Virus record (IMG/VR): IMGVR_UViG_3300034691_000069
Origin: a virus
Taxonomy: Duplodnaviria > Heunggongvirae > Uroviricota > Caudoviricetes
Direction: 5' to 3' (one strand)
Length of the DNA stretch: 42,612 nt
Each line of letters opens with the position of its first letter. Within the stretch, counting starts at the first letter, position 1. A program made the position numbers and the translations under genes. The notes below the pieces were generated by a model. The model worked only from the letters and a program-made list of their open reading frames with translations. It was not told the origin of the DNA and made no database searches. This document shows, one piece after another, positions 35,176 through 42,612 of this stretch.

Positions 35176-35799
35176 ATGAGTAAAGATATGAAAAAAATAA
35201 GTTTAATGATCTTGCCATTTGCTTTGCTAGGCATAATGGCTAATGCAAACGCAAGTTACCAAGTTATATACGGTGATAAGCAAATTAATGGAGATAACAT
35301 CAAGTTCGTAAGTAAGTGGTTAAATTCTGATCCATTAGTAAGTGAATGGACAAATGTAGGGTCGCCAACAGGTTGTTCTGCATGGACGCCTGACCCAAGT
35401 ACAAAAAATATTGGAGTGGCATTTGAGCAATCAGCTACTGGGTGTACACAAGTGCAAACCAGAACAGTGCAGGAAAGAGAACAAAACAATGTAAGTCATG
35501 AATATAGACCTGTCGGCCCTGTAAAAAATGAAAACAGAACATTGAGTAATCAAACAATAACTAGATCTGCGGTTGGTACTAAATCACCAGAAGAATGTGA
35601 TATTCCAAACTCAACTTGGGTAGCAGGTTCACCGGCTTATTCATTGTTAAATATAACATCAAATGGCGTATTGGTTTATAGTGGTGGCGATTTTGCATCT
35701 ACTCAAAAAGTAGTTGGAGCTTACAAATACACCAAAGGTGTTTTAACCGCAAACTATGGTTCATATACAATAAGTAAAGTTTGTCGCACAGCACTATAA
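35176..35799 (+). CDS. secreted protein (about 207 aa), tandem paralog
   Basis: Colinear with 34517-35140 over the full length. Confidence 0.8.
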   Translation: MSKDMKKISLMILPFALLGIMANANASYQVIYGDKQINGDNIKFVSKWLNSDPLVSEWTNVGSPTGCSAWTPDPSTKNIGVAFEQSATGCTQVQTRTVQEREQNNVSHEYRPVGPVKNENRTLSNQTITRSAVGTKSPEECDIPNSTWVAGSPAYSLLNITSNGVLVYSGGDFASTQKVVGAYKYTKGVLTANYGSYTISKVCRTAL

Positions 35800-35853
35800 G
35801 ATTAAAAAGAAGAAACAAAAAAGCCCTATCACTAGGGCTTTTTCTTTTGTCGA

Positions 35854-35985
35854 TTACTCTGCGTCTTGGTGACGGTTCCGCCGTTTATCACGGAAGTTAC
35901 GTTCCTTGCGATTTTCTTTGGACTTCGAAGTGTCTTGTTGCTTACCGCGAAAACGCTCTGTGGCTTCACCGAAAGAACCTTGCAT
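35854..35985 (-). CDS. 43-aa basic peptide, family copy 2 (MQGSFGEATERFRGKQQDTSKSKENRKERNFRDKRRNRHQDAE)
   Basis: AGGAG SD; homologous to 16378 and 39771. Confidence 0.85.
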   Translation of the reverse strand: MQGSFGEATERFRGKQQDTSKSKENRKERNFRDKRRNRHQDAE

Positions 35986-36099
35986 GGTGTATCTCCTAAC
36001 TGTTTGATTGTGGTGTTTCGTTTTGATGGGATAAGTATATCGAAATCGAGCTATCATGTAAAGCAGTTTTTCATCATTTTACAGTTTATTGATAATAAA

Positions 36100-36119
36100 A
36101 AAGAGGCCGAAGCCTCTTT
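36100..36119 (-). terminator. UUCG-loop terminator, copy 3 of 5
   Basis: Same 18-bp core. Confidence 0.9.
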
Positions 36120-36139
36120 TATGTGAAGTCAAACTGTTG

Positions 36140-36565
36140 TTACTTGAACGATTTTGCTTCCTCGATAAAATCACGATAGAATTTAGCCCAATCATCAATA
36201 TCCACTTCGAGGCGTCCAAGAACTTCGTTGGAAACGCCCAAAAGTTGCAGATTTTCAAATTCTTTTTTGAGCAAATCTTTTTGAAGGTGGTATGCTTTTG
36301 TAAAAGCATTCAGTTCTTCATTGGTGACAACAACATCAACACCAGTCTTCCCTTCGAGGTTGCGGCCATATTTACGGAAGATTGACTTCAGGCTTTGCTC
36401 AAAACCATCATTGAGTGCCGAAAGATTATGAAAATCGACCATGCTTTTTTTGTCTCGCTTTGGATTCATGACATAGCAAACCAAAGAAATATGCATAGAC
36501 TTGCAATGATCTCGAACAACGAGTTCAAGAAACTGCATTTTTTTGTGAAAATCAAAACCTTTCAT
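36140..36565 (-). CDS. hypothetical protein (141 aa)
   Basis: GAGGA SD. Confidence 0.8.
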   Translation of the reverse strand: MKGFDFHKKMQFLELVVRDHCKSMHISLVCYVMNPKRDKKSMVDFHNLSALNDGFEQSLKSIFRKYGRNLEGKTGVDVVVTNEELNAFTKAYHLQKDLLKKEFENLQLLGVSNEVLGRLEVDIDDWAKFYRDFIEEAKSFK

Positions 36566-36628
36566 TTTAAATCCTCGGAATGTTTGATGGGTTGATTATA
36601 TCATCAAAAACGACATTTCACAACTATT

Positions 36629-36805
36629 TTAGGCTAGACGATGGTTCTGATATTCATAGATGTCAGTGCTGCAGCCATCCATACGCCCATGAACAAGCAC
36701 ACGATCAGATACAAACGATTTCAACCAAACCCACTGACCAGCAATTTGACGTGGGAACAGTGCAAAGCGAGTGACTGGATGGGATTCTTCTTCAAAGTGG
36801 CTCAT
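36629..36805 (-). CDS. 58-aa hypothetical protein (MSHFEEESHPVTRFALFPRQIAGQWVWL...)
   Basis: Translated by hand; CAGGT SD; own promoter. Confidence 0.7.
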   Translation of the reverse strand: MSHFEEESHPVTRFALFPRQIAGQWVWLKSFVSDRVLVHGRMDGCSTDIYEYQNHRLA

Positions 36806-36869
36806 GATGTGACCTGTCTCATTGAGTGGATAATAATTATATCAAAAAATGGTTCTAATGACAACAAAA

Positions 36870-36887
36870 AAGAGGCCGAAGCCTCTT
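36870..36887 (-). terminator. UUCG-loop terminator, copy 4 of 5
   Basis: Same 18-bp core. Confidence 0.9.
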
Positions 36888-36889
36888 GC

Positions 36890-37168
36890 TCAATTGTCTT
36901 TAAAATAACATTGCGAAACAGGAACCCGCCTACTAATGCCAGTATCAGTTTCTTGAATTCTTGCTGAAATGTCAGTATCAGTAATGCCAGCGACCAAAAT
37001 AACATTATCATGTTGATAAGGTACTGAGGTTCCTGAATAACAAATAACAGATCTAGTCTTTTTGCCTGAACTATTACTTTGTGTGTTAGTGTTACTTGTT
37101 TCTTCTGCATTACAACCTGCCGACATAGAAAGAGCGAGTGCAAGTGCGAGAATAAATGTCTTTTTCAT
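36890..37168 (-). CDS. putative lipoprotein (92 aa)
   Basis: AGGAGG SD; signal peptide ending in SAG-C. Confidence 0.6.
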   Translation of the reverse strand: MKKTFILALALALSMSAGCNAEETSNTNTQSNSSGKKTRSVICYSGTSVPYQHDNVILVAGITDTDISARIQETDTGISRRVPVSQCYFKDN

Positions 37169-37229
37169 GAAGCCTCCTGATTAATATAAGTTGCCAATAG
37201 TAGCAGAAAAGATTTAACGATACATACAA

Positions 37230-37249
37230 AAAGAGGCCGAAGCCTCTTT
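37230..37249 (-). terminator. UUCG-loop terminator, copy 5 of 5
   Basis: Same 18-bp core. Confidence 0.9.
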
Positions 37250-37266
37250 ATTTTGCAGTGTCTTGC

Positions 37267-37785
37267 TTACGCAACCACTACGGCTGAGGTTGGCAGTCCA
37301 CGCAGGTCAATCGGGTCAATGTCAGACAATTTAATGTCAACAATGTGAACACTTGGATACATGTCTCGAATCATGTCAGAAAAGCTACGCGGCATAACTT
37401 CTGCTTCGAGTTCAGTCACCGACTCAGCCAGACGGCGAGCCTTGGTGCGAAGCTCAATCAGCTCATTGATGAGTTTCAGCTCGTGGGCCGACGATGGCTT
37501 GGCTGGGCGGTTCAGCTCCAAGTTGCTTTCGTGACGCAGGGTGTCGAGGTCTTTCTGAGCCGGGAACAGTTCAGCATGGACAGCAACACCAGCTTGGGTC
37601 AGTGAAACAACGTCGCCATCGCGGGAAACCAGTCCTTTGCCTTTCAGGTTCAAGAGAACTGCATTCACCTGAGAGAGCTTTACAGCTTCTGGGCCGGTAG
37701 GAATGGTTTGAACATTTACCGACGAAGTGCCGAGAGCAACGATGTTCACGATTACTGCGGTTTCGAGAGCGGTAACTTTGGTCAT
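37267..37785 (-). CDS. hypothetical protein with a possible N-terminal winged helix
   Basis: V-x-x-VL-x-x-L-x-x-KGLV...LT-x-x-G pattern; GGAG SD. Confidence 0.55.
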   Translation of the reverse strand: MTKVTALETAVIVNIVALGTSSVNVQTIPTGPEAVKLSQVNAVLLNLKGKGLVSRDGDVVSLTQAGVAVHAELFPAQKDLDTLRHESNLELNRPAKPSSAHELKLINELIELRTKARRLAESVTELEAEVMPRSFSDMIRDMYPSVHIVDIKLSDIDPIDLRGLPTSAVVVA

Positions 37786-37885
37786 GGTGTATCTCCGATG
37801 TTTGATTGGGTATCTCGTTTTGATGTGTCTATCATATCAAAAAGCACATTTACTGGCAAGCATTATCTCATCAAAAAACACATTT

Positions 37886-38101
37886 TTATTTGATGAATTG
37901 GTTAATTGCTTTTTCGTATTCTTTACTTGACTTATATACATCATAAGCGAAAAAAATTAACACAAAAGAGATTATGCTCCAAAAAACCATCTGATCGGAA
38001 AATTCACTTCGGACAGGTTCTCGGATGAAATTGTAGGCACAAATGCCCATCATCAGTAAACACCCCATAATTTGAGCAACAAGACTTCTCATGGCTCCCA
38101 C
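37886..38101 (-). CDS. membrane protein (2 TM, 71 aa)
   Basis: Two hydrophobic segments; overlaps the upstream gene end. Confidence 0.7.
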   Translation of the reverse strand: MGAMRSLVAQIMGCLLMMGICAYNFIREPVRSEFSDQMVFWSIISFVLIFFAYDVYKSSKEYEKAINQFIK

Positions 38102-38382
38102 CGATTAATCAATTCTTCGGAAACAGGTTTTGGATTACTTGAAGGCACTTTCTGTGTCGTCCAGCAAATACAAACCATTGCTGAGGCTACCGCAAGGGTC
38201 ATCGAAAACAACATCAAAATCATACTGACATGGAACCAGTAAGGTAGGTAGTCAGGTGAAATGTGGTAGGCCATATGAGCAGTATAGCGGCTACTTTGGT
38301 ATAAACAGAGCGTCAACAAAATAAAAATAATAGCAATTAAACCAGAATTGAATCGAGTGATTTTTGCCATGTGCTTTTCCAT
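38089..38382 (-). CDS. membrane protein (2 TM)
   Basis: GAGGA SD before MEKH. Confidence 0.7.
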   Translation of the reverse strand: MEKHMAKITRFNSGLIAIIFILLTLCLYQSSRYTAHMAYHISPDYLPYWFHVSMILMLFSMTLAVASAMVCICWTTQKVPSSNPKPVSEELINRWEP

Positions 38383-38534
38383 GTAACTATCCTCTAAATG
38401 ATGTTGTATAGTAGCAAAAGACAGATTTTTAAGCAAGCATTTTAATCTGTAATGGAAACTTACAGAATAATCTAAAATATGTCTTGAAAAAATATCAATA
38501 TTTGATATATTATGTGGAACAATGGAGGAATGCT

Positions 38535-38945
38535 ATGAGTTATGTAAGCGACAATTTGATGGACGGTGAGAAAATTGAATATGAGGCAAGTTTAAGTAAC
38601 TGGGGTTTCTTCTGGCAGATCTTTTTCGGTGTGCTCCTTATTCCTGTTATTGTAGGAATTGTGATTTTAGTGATTGTCTACATTCAGAAAAAGTGTACAG
38701 AACTGGCTGTCACCAACAAGCGATTGATTGCTAAAAAAGGATTTATCCAAAGAGATACGGTGGAAATAAACTTGAAAAAAGTTGAAAGTATTCAAGTGAA
38801 TCAAGGCTTGATGGGCCGAATGTTTAATTTTGGAACAATTATTGTTTCCGGTACTGGTCATGGTAATGCACCGATAAAATACATCGCTGACCCACTTGAA
38901 TTTAGAAGACGCCTTTCAATGGCCCAAGACAAGATGGACGAATAG
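38535..38945 (+). CDS. bacterial PH-domain membrane protein (bPH_2/YdbS-like)
   Basis: GGAGG SD; GEKI-x-Y, TM segment, ELAVTNKRLI, KVESI-x-V-x-QG-x-x-GR-x-FNFGTI. Confidence 0.85.
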   Translation: MSYVSDNLMDGEKIEYEASLSNWGFFWQIFFGVLLIPVIVGIVILVIVYIQKKCTELAVTNKRLIAKKGFIQRDTVEINLKKVESIQVNQGLMGRMFNFGTIIVSGTGHGNAPIKYIADPLEFRRRLSMAQDKMDE

Positions 38946-38986
38946 AAAAAAGAAGACTGTTCAAACAGTCTTTTTTTTCGACTTGA

Positions 38987-39469
38987 TTATTTATCAATAC
39001 GATAATAAAACGTGTAATAACCAGAACCACTTGAACCAACATGGCAACCATATTTACGACCATCAACAGGATCATCAGGAATAGTCGAAACAGTATCAAA
39101 TTTAAGAGAATCATAATTAGCAATGATTTGTTTGCAAACATCCAGTGAAAGTAATGCGGAGTCTTGTATTTTAACTAACGATTCGTCAGCATCAATTACA
39201 AAGTCAACATTTTCATAGTTAGGGACTTGTGTTAAATAAGCGGCATCTTTAAGTTTACTCACATTGTCAACACTCATACCAGTCATGGAAACACCTTCAT
39301 TTTTTGCAAAGAGAGCCGCCGTAGCAATAGTGTTTGCAGTGTTTAACAAGTAAGCAGTTTTTGTATAAATAGAATTGTTATTATAGGCATAAAAACCATA
39401 AGCAATTGTTGCAACCGATAAAGCAGCCATAAGAGCAATAGAAATGATCGAGATAATAAGTGAAAACAT
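38987..39469 (-). CDS. leaderless pilin-like protein (MFSLIISIISIALMAALSVATIAY...)
   Basis: GGAGA SD; N-terminus resembles a processed type IV pilin; C-terminal Cys pair. Confidence 0.6.
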   Translation of the reverse strand: MFSLIISIISIALMAALSVATIAYGFYAYNNNSIYTKTAYLLNTANTIATAALFAKNEGVSMTGMSVDNVSKLKDAAYLTQVPNYENVDFVIDADESLVKIQDSALLSLDVCKQIIANYDSLKFDTVSTIPDDPVDGRKYGCHVGSSGSGYYTFYYRIDK

Positions 39470-39770
39470 GTATTCTCCGTTATTAATATTAACTTCCAAG
39501 TTAGTCTAACACCAAACTCTTAATTAATAATTTACCTCGGAGTACAACGATGTCAATTAAATTTTATATAAATTAGTATATCAAAGTGCCACCATTTACA
39601 TATAAAAATAAATATATAAACAAAAAAGACAGCCTTGGCTGTCTTCTTTTATAATGTTTGAATTAGTAGTTTTGATCACTATCACCGATGGAGTAGACGA
39701 CAACTTGTTCTTTTGTATCCTTATCGGTTACAGTGATGGCTTCTGGTAAGTTGATGTCAGCAAAGTTTCC

Positions 39771-39902
39771 TTATTCGGCGTCTTGATGACGATTGCGTCG
39801 AGCGTCACGGAACTGACGATTTTTGCGATTTTCTTTGGTCTTGGAAGCGTCTTGTTGCTTACCACGAAAACGTTCTGTTGCTTCACCGAAAGAACCTTGC
39901 AT
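39771..39902 (-). CDS. 43-aa basic peptide, family copy 3 (MQGSFGEATERFRGKQQDASKTKENRKNRQFRDARRNRHQDAE)
   Basis: Translated by hand; GGAG SD; 38/43 identical to copy 2. Confidence 0.85.
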   Translation of the reverse strand: MQGSFGEATERFRGKQQDASKTKENRKNRQFRDARRNRHQDAE

Positions 39903-39991
39903 TTGTGTATCTCCGACTAGTTTATGGTGTTTCGTTTTGATGAGACAAGTATAGCTAAAATCAGATTTTATGTAAAGGTTTTTTTGATCGA

Positions 39992-40105
39992 TTAAAGGTG
40001 TTTTTTGAATTGATGATGGTAATAGAATTCAATAGCCGCAAAAATACCAATAGCCAAAAAACCGATAATAATGATAGTGTTCATCCCTTCAGCCATTTCT
40101 TTCAT
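39992..40105 (-). CDS. 37-aa single-TM peptide MKEMAEGMNTIIIIGFLAIGIFAAIEFYYHHQFKKHL
   Basis: Translated by hand; GCGGTGA SD; own promoter. Confidence 0.65.
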   Translation of the reverse strand: MKEMAEGMNTIIIIGFLAIGIFAAIEFYYHHQFKKHL

Positions 40106-40204
40106 GATTTTTCACCGCTGTTATGGAATGTTGATTATACCAAAATTGATTAATTATCACAATAAAAAAGACACCCGAAGGTGCCTTTATTTGATATATC
40201 CTTA

Positions 40205-40960
40205 TTACAGGATAGTCACATTGGCCCGAGCTTTGATATGCTCAATAAAGCCTTTGATACCATCAGTGATGAAGGCATTGAAATGGAATTCAAAGTCCTT
40301 CAAACCGGCTTTCTGTGCCGCCTCAAAGTATTCATACATCTGAGGTACGTTCATACCAGTAGTGTAAACATAAACGATTTTGCCACCTTTTGCTTTGAAT
40401 TCGGTAAACGCCGACATCAGAGCTTCTTTTGTGTATCCGCCCAAATTCAAGATGTAGGAAAAGTTCTGATCTCGTTGTCCCAAATACTGACGTGTGTGCT
40501 CTTCCAGATACGGGTCATTTTCAAGGTTGATGTATTGGGTGTTTGCATTGATGACGTGAGTAGATTTCAATCCCATATCAACAGGTTCTTCTGTTTCAAT
40601 TTCCCATTCTGGAAGCATGAAGCAATAGCCACCTGCTGAGTTAATCAGGACTCGTTTACCATCAAGAATTTCTGCCAGCATATTGGAGAAACGTTTGTTG
40701 ATAATGCCATCCAATTCGTAAATTGGGTTTTTACCATGAAGTTTGCAGTGAGCAACCGTTGCTGCAAGGATGCCAGCAGCCGGTGTAGTGCGTGGAACAT
40801 CACCCCAGCTTTCAATTTCGGCTTTCTCACGGATCAAATGGCTAACTTGTGCAACCACTTGACTGGAAGTATGCTCCATGAAAGTCATCAAATTTTCTGG
40901 AGTGTCAACCAACATCCACTGACCTTCAATTGGGGAGTTCTTGATGGTAACTCGATTCAT
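40205..40960 (-). CDS. hypothetical protein (251 aa)
   Basis: Long ORF with promoter and terminator. Confidence 0.8.
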   Translation of the reverse strand: MNRVTIKNSPIEGQWMLVDTPENLMTFMEHTSSQVVAQVSHLIREKAEIESWGDVPRTTPAAGILAATVAHCKLHGKNPIYELDGIINKRFSNMLAEILDGKRVLINSAGGYCFMLPEWEIETEEPVDMGLKSTHVINANTQYINLENDPYLEEHTRQYLGQRDQNFSYILNLGGYTKEALMSAFTEFKAKGGKIVYVYTTGMNVPQMYEYFEAAQKAGLKDFEFHFNAFITDGIKGFIEHIKARANVTIL

Positions 40961-41060
40961 GACGTTTAATCCATTTATGTTTGAGTAAGGCTATTATAGC
41001 AAAAGCCCCGAACAAAAACAAGATTATTCAGGGCTTTTAGTGGTTCTTAATAATTGACTA

Positions 41061-41804
41061 TCAAGAAATGATATTTTTTTGCTTCAACTCTTTGTAGAAC
41101 AGGTCACGGGCATACGCTGGAATGTTTTTAGTGTTGCCATTCAATAAGAAAGTCCGTTCTTGCAACAGTGCTTTTGCCTGAGCCATTGCTTCGCTCATTT
41201 GAGCACGTTGTTTTGGCAATTTAGAATCGCCACGGTTTGCAATTTCGGTAGCCCACAAGAGTTCCCGAGCAGCGTCAACGGCCTGATTAGCGGCTTTGAA
41301 GCGAGCCATGACATCTTCAACTTCTTTGATACGTTCGGCCTTGATGGCGTTCAGAGCGGAAAGTGTCAGAGCCGAGCTGATAACAATGTCAAATTCTTGA
41401 ACAAACTCTTTCAGGAAGTCTTCTTTATCAGTGATACCCAAAGCCAGCAAAGCATTCATCTTAGGTTTGATTTCAGCAACCGAGAATTCACGCGAATATT
41501 CAGCCGACAGGTCTTTCGATGGCTTGATTGATGCACGAATGGTTGGCTCGCCATTTTTGAAATTAAAGCAAAAGGAGAAGCTGCGATCAAAACGTTGATG
41601 ACCTTTTTCATTGTGATGAATGGCACCACGAATGTTGAAAATAGCCATGAAATCGAAAGTGACAGAAGCGGCAATATAAACCTGATCATTGGCATAAGTG
41701 CGACGTTCTTCTTTACCATTCAACTCCAAATAAGAAATGAATGCCAGTGCTTTAAACTGAGCCAATTCTGGTTTCAACATTGCCATCGGGGTCATGTTTT
41801 TCAA
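41061..41804 (-). CDS. hypothetical protein, paralog of 15248-15958 (TTG start)
   Basis: AGGAG SD; shared N-terminal domain. Confidence 0.8.
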   Translation of the reverse strand: MKNMTPMAMLKPELAQFKALAFISYLELNGKEERRTYANDQVYIAASVTFDFMAIFNIRGAIHHNEKGHQRFDRSFSFCFNFKNGEPTIRASIKPSKDLSAEYSREFSVAEIKPKMNALLALGITDKEDFLKEFVQEFDIVISSALTLSALNAIKAERIKEVEDVMARFKAANQAVDAARELLWATEIANRGDSKLPKQRAQMSEAMAQAKALLQERTFLLNGNTKNIPAYARDLFYKELKQKNIIS

Positions 41805-41914
41805 GGGTGTATCTCCTAAGAAAGTAGATTGATTATACACAAAAATCAGTTTTCATACAATCTTTTTTTTGGAAAATAAAAAACCTTCCGAAGAAGGTCT
41901 TTAAGCAATGCTGA

Positions 41915-42265
41915 TTATCGGCTAGCTTGGTCAATGGCATGTTGGTCATTGACATGGTTCATGATGTCATCAATATCTCGCTGACCAGAAGCGAACGCTT
42001 CATGAATACGCTTCATATCCAGAATGGCTTGACCATAGGCCGCATGAAAAGATTCAGCCCGAGCAATCGAGTCATATTCAGCTTCGCCACCCATTGAGTT
42101 ACTGATAGCGACTTCAATGCCTTGTTTGTTAATGACAACGGCCCGAACCTTGATCGCTTCTTCAGACCAGTAACCATTTGGTTTAAAGGTAATTACGAGC
42201 CATTGGCGGTCTGGCTGCATGATAGAACTTTTACTGATTTCAAATTTACGTTCATAACCAACCAT
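41915..42265 (-). CDS. hypothetical protein (116 aa)
   Basis: GGAG SD before MVGY. Confidence 0.75.
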   Translation of the reverse strand: MVGYERKFEISKSSIMQPDRQWLVITFKPNGYWSEEAIKVRAVVINKQGIEVAISNSMGGEAEYDSIARAESFHAAYGQAILDMKRIHEAFASGQRDIDDIMNHVNDQHAIDQASR

Positions 42266-42330
42266 GACGGCACTCCACTTCAAATTTAGAAAATTATTAT
42301 AGCAAAAATGAGTTTTTGTGTCCACAACAA

Positions 42331-42612
42331 TTAGTGGATAGTGATGCTCTTGCGATGAATAACCAACAAACATTCAGCCATGTCTTTAAGCAAAGGATTG
42401 CTGATGTCATAATAAGCGTGGATGTAGGCCAACAACTCAACCAAGGAGACTTCACCCGTGAAAGGTTTTTGATCCTTTTCGAGAGAGTGCTTGTTGACCA
42501 ACGATGAATAGGTAGTGATTGCCTCGTTAAGAACGGGCAGTTGAATGGAGTCACACTCGAAAGTGCCATCCATAATAGAACCATTAACAAACAACAAATG
42601 ACCACTGGAAGC
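42331..42612 (-). CDS. hypothetical protein, 5'-truncated at the window edge
   Basis: Frame remains open to position 42612. Confidence 0.6.
   Translation of the reverse strand, partial: ASSGHLLFVNGSIMDGTFECDSIQLPVLNEAITTYSSLVNKHSLEKDQKPFTGEVSLVELLAYIHAYYDISNPLLKDMAECLLVIHRKSITIH

Noticed and set aside
11651-37249. CRISPR array or integron attC array
   Set aside because: Repeats are terminator hairpins separated by whole genes at irregular spacing; no attC R/L boxes, cas genes or integrase
1-42612. Stop-codon reassignment as the cause of the short genes
   Set aside because: Genes end next to terminators and the next gene has its own promoter and SD; TAA, TGA and TAG all act as stops, and known families are full length in code 11

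Overview
This window looks like the accessory region of a large extrachromosomal element, most likely a jumbo phage (a phage-like megaplasmid is possible), probably with a gammaproteobacterial host. It contains no structural, replication or integrase genes. It holds about 95 small genes, nearly all on the minus strand and mostly arranged as single-gene cassettes, each with a sigma70-type promoter, a Shine-Dalgarno (SD) site and a rho-independent terminator, often with a C(UUCG)G loop. Recognisable products are thymidine kinase, a SleB-type cell-wall hydrolase, a NUDIX hydrolase, a YkgJ cysteine-cluster protein, a SLOG-family protein, a cyclic-phosphate-processing receiver domain, a bacterial PH-domain protein, GNAT- and methyltransferase-like proteins, a Pth2-like protein, and tRNA-Leu(UAA) and tRNA-Leu(CAA). 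The most unusual part is a translation-related locus at about 16.0-18.4 kb. It has two 3-codon minigenes (MQH*, MQF*) behind identical strong SD leaders in a tRNA trailer, a 167-nt CCA-ended tRNA/tmRNA-like RNA, and one of three 43-aa basic peptides. Also notable are type IV pilin-like and secreted paralog families, two conserved non-sigma70 promoter motifs, and one homopolymer frameshift. Start codons were re-picked by eye from SD and promoter context. All family calls come from motif recognition; no database search was run.
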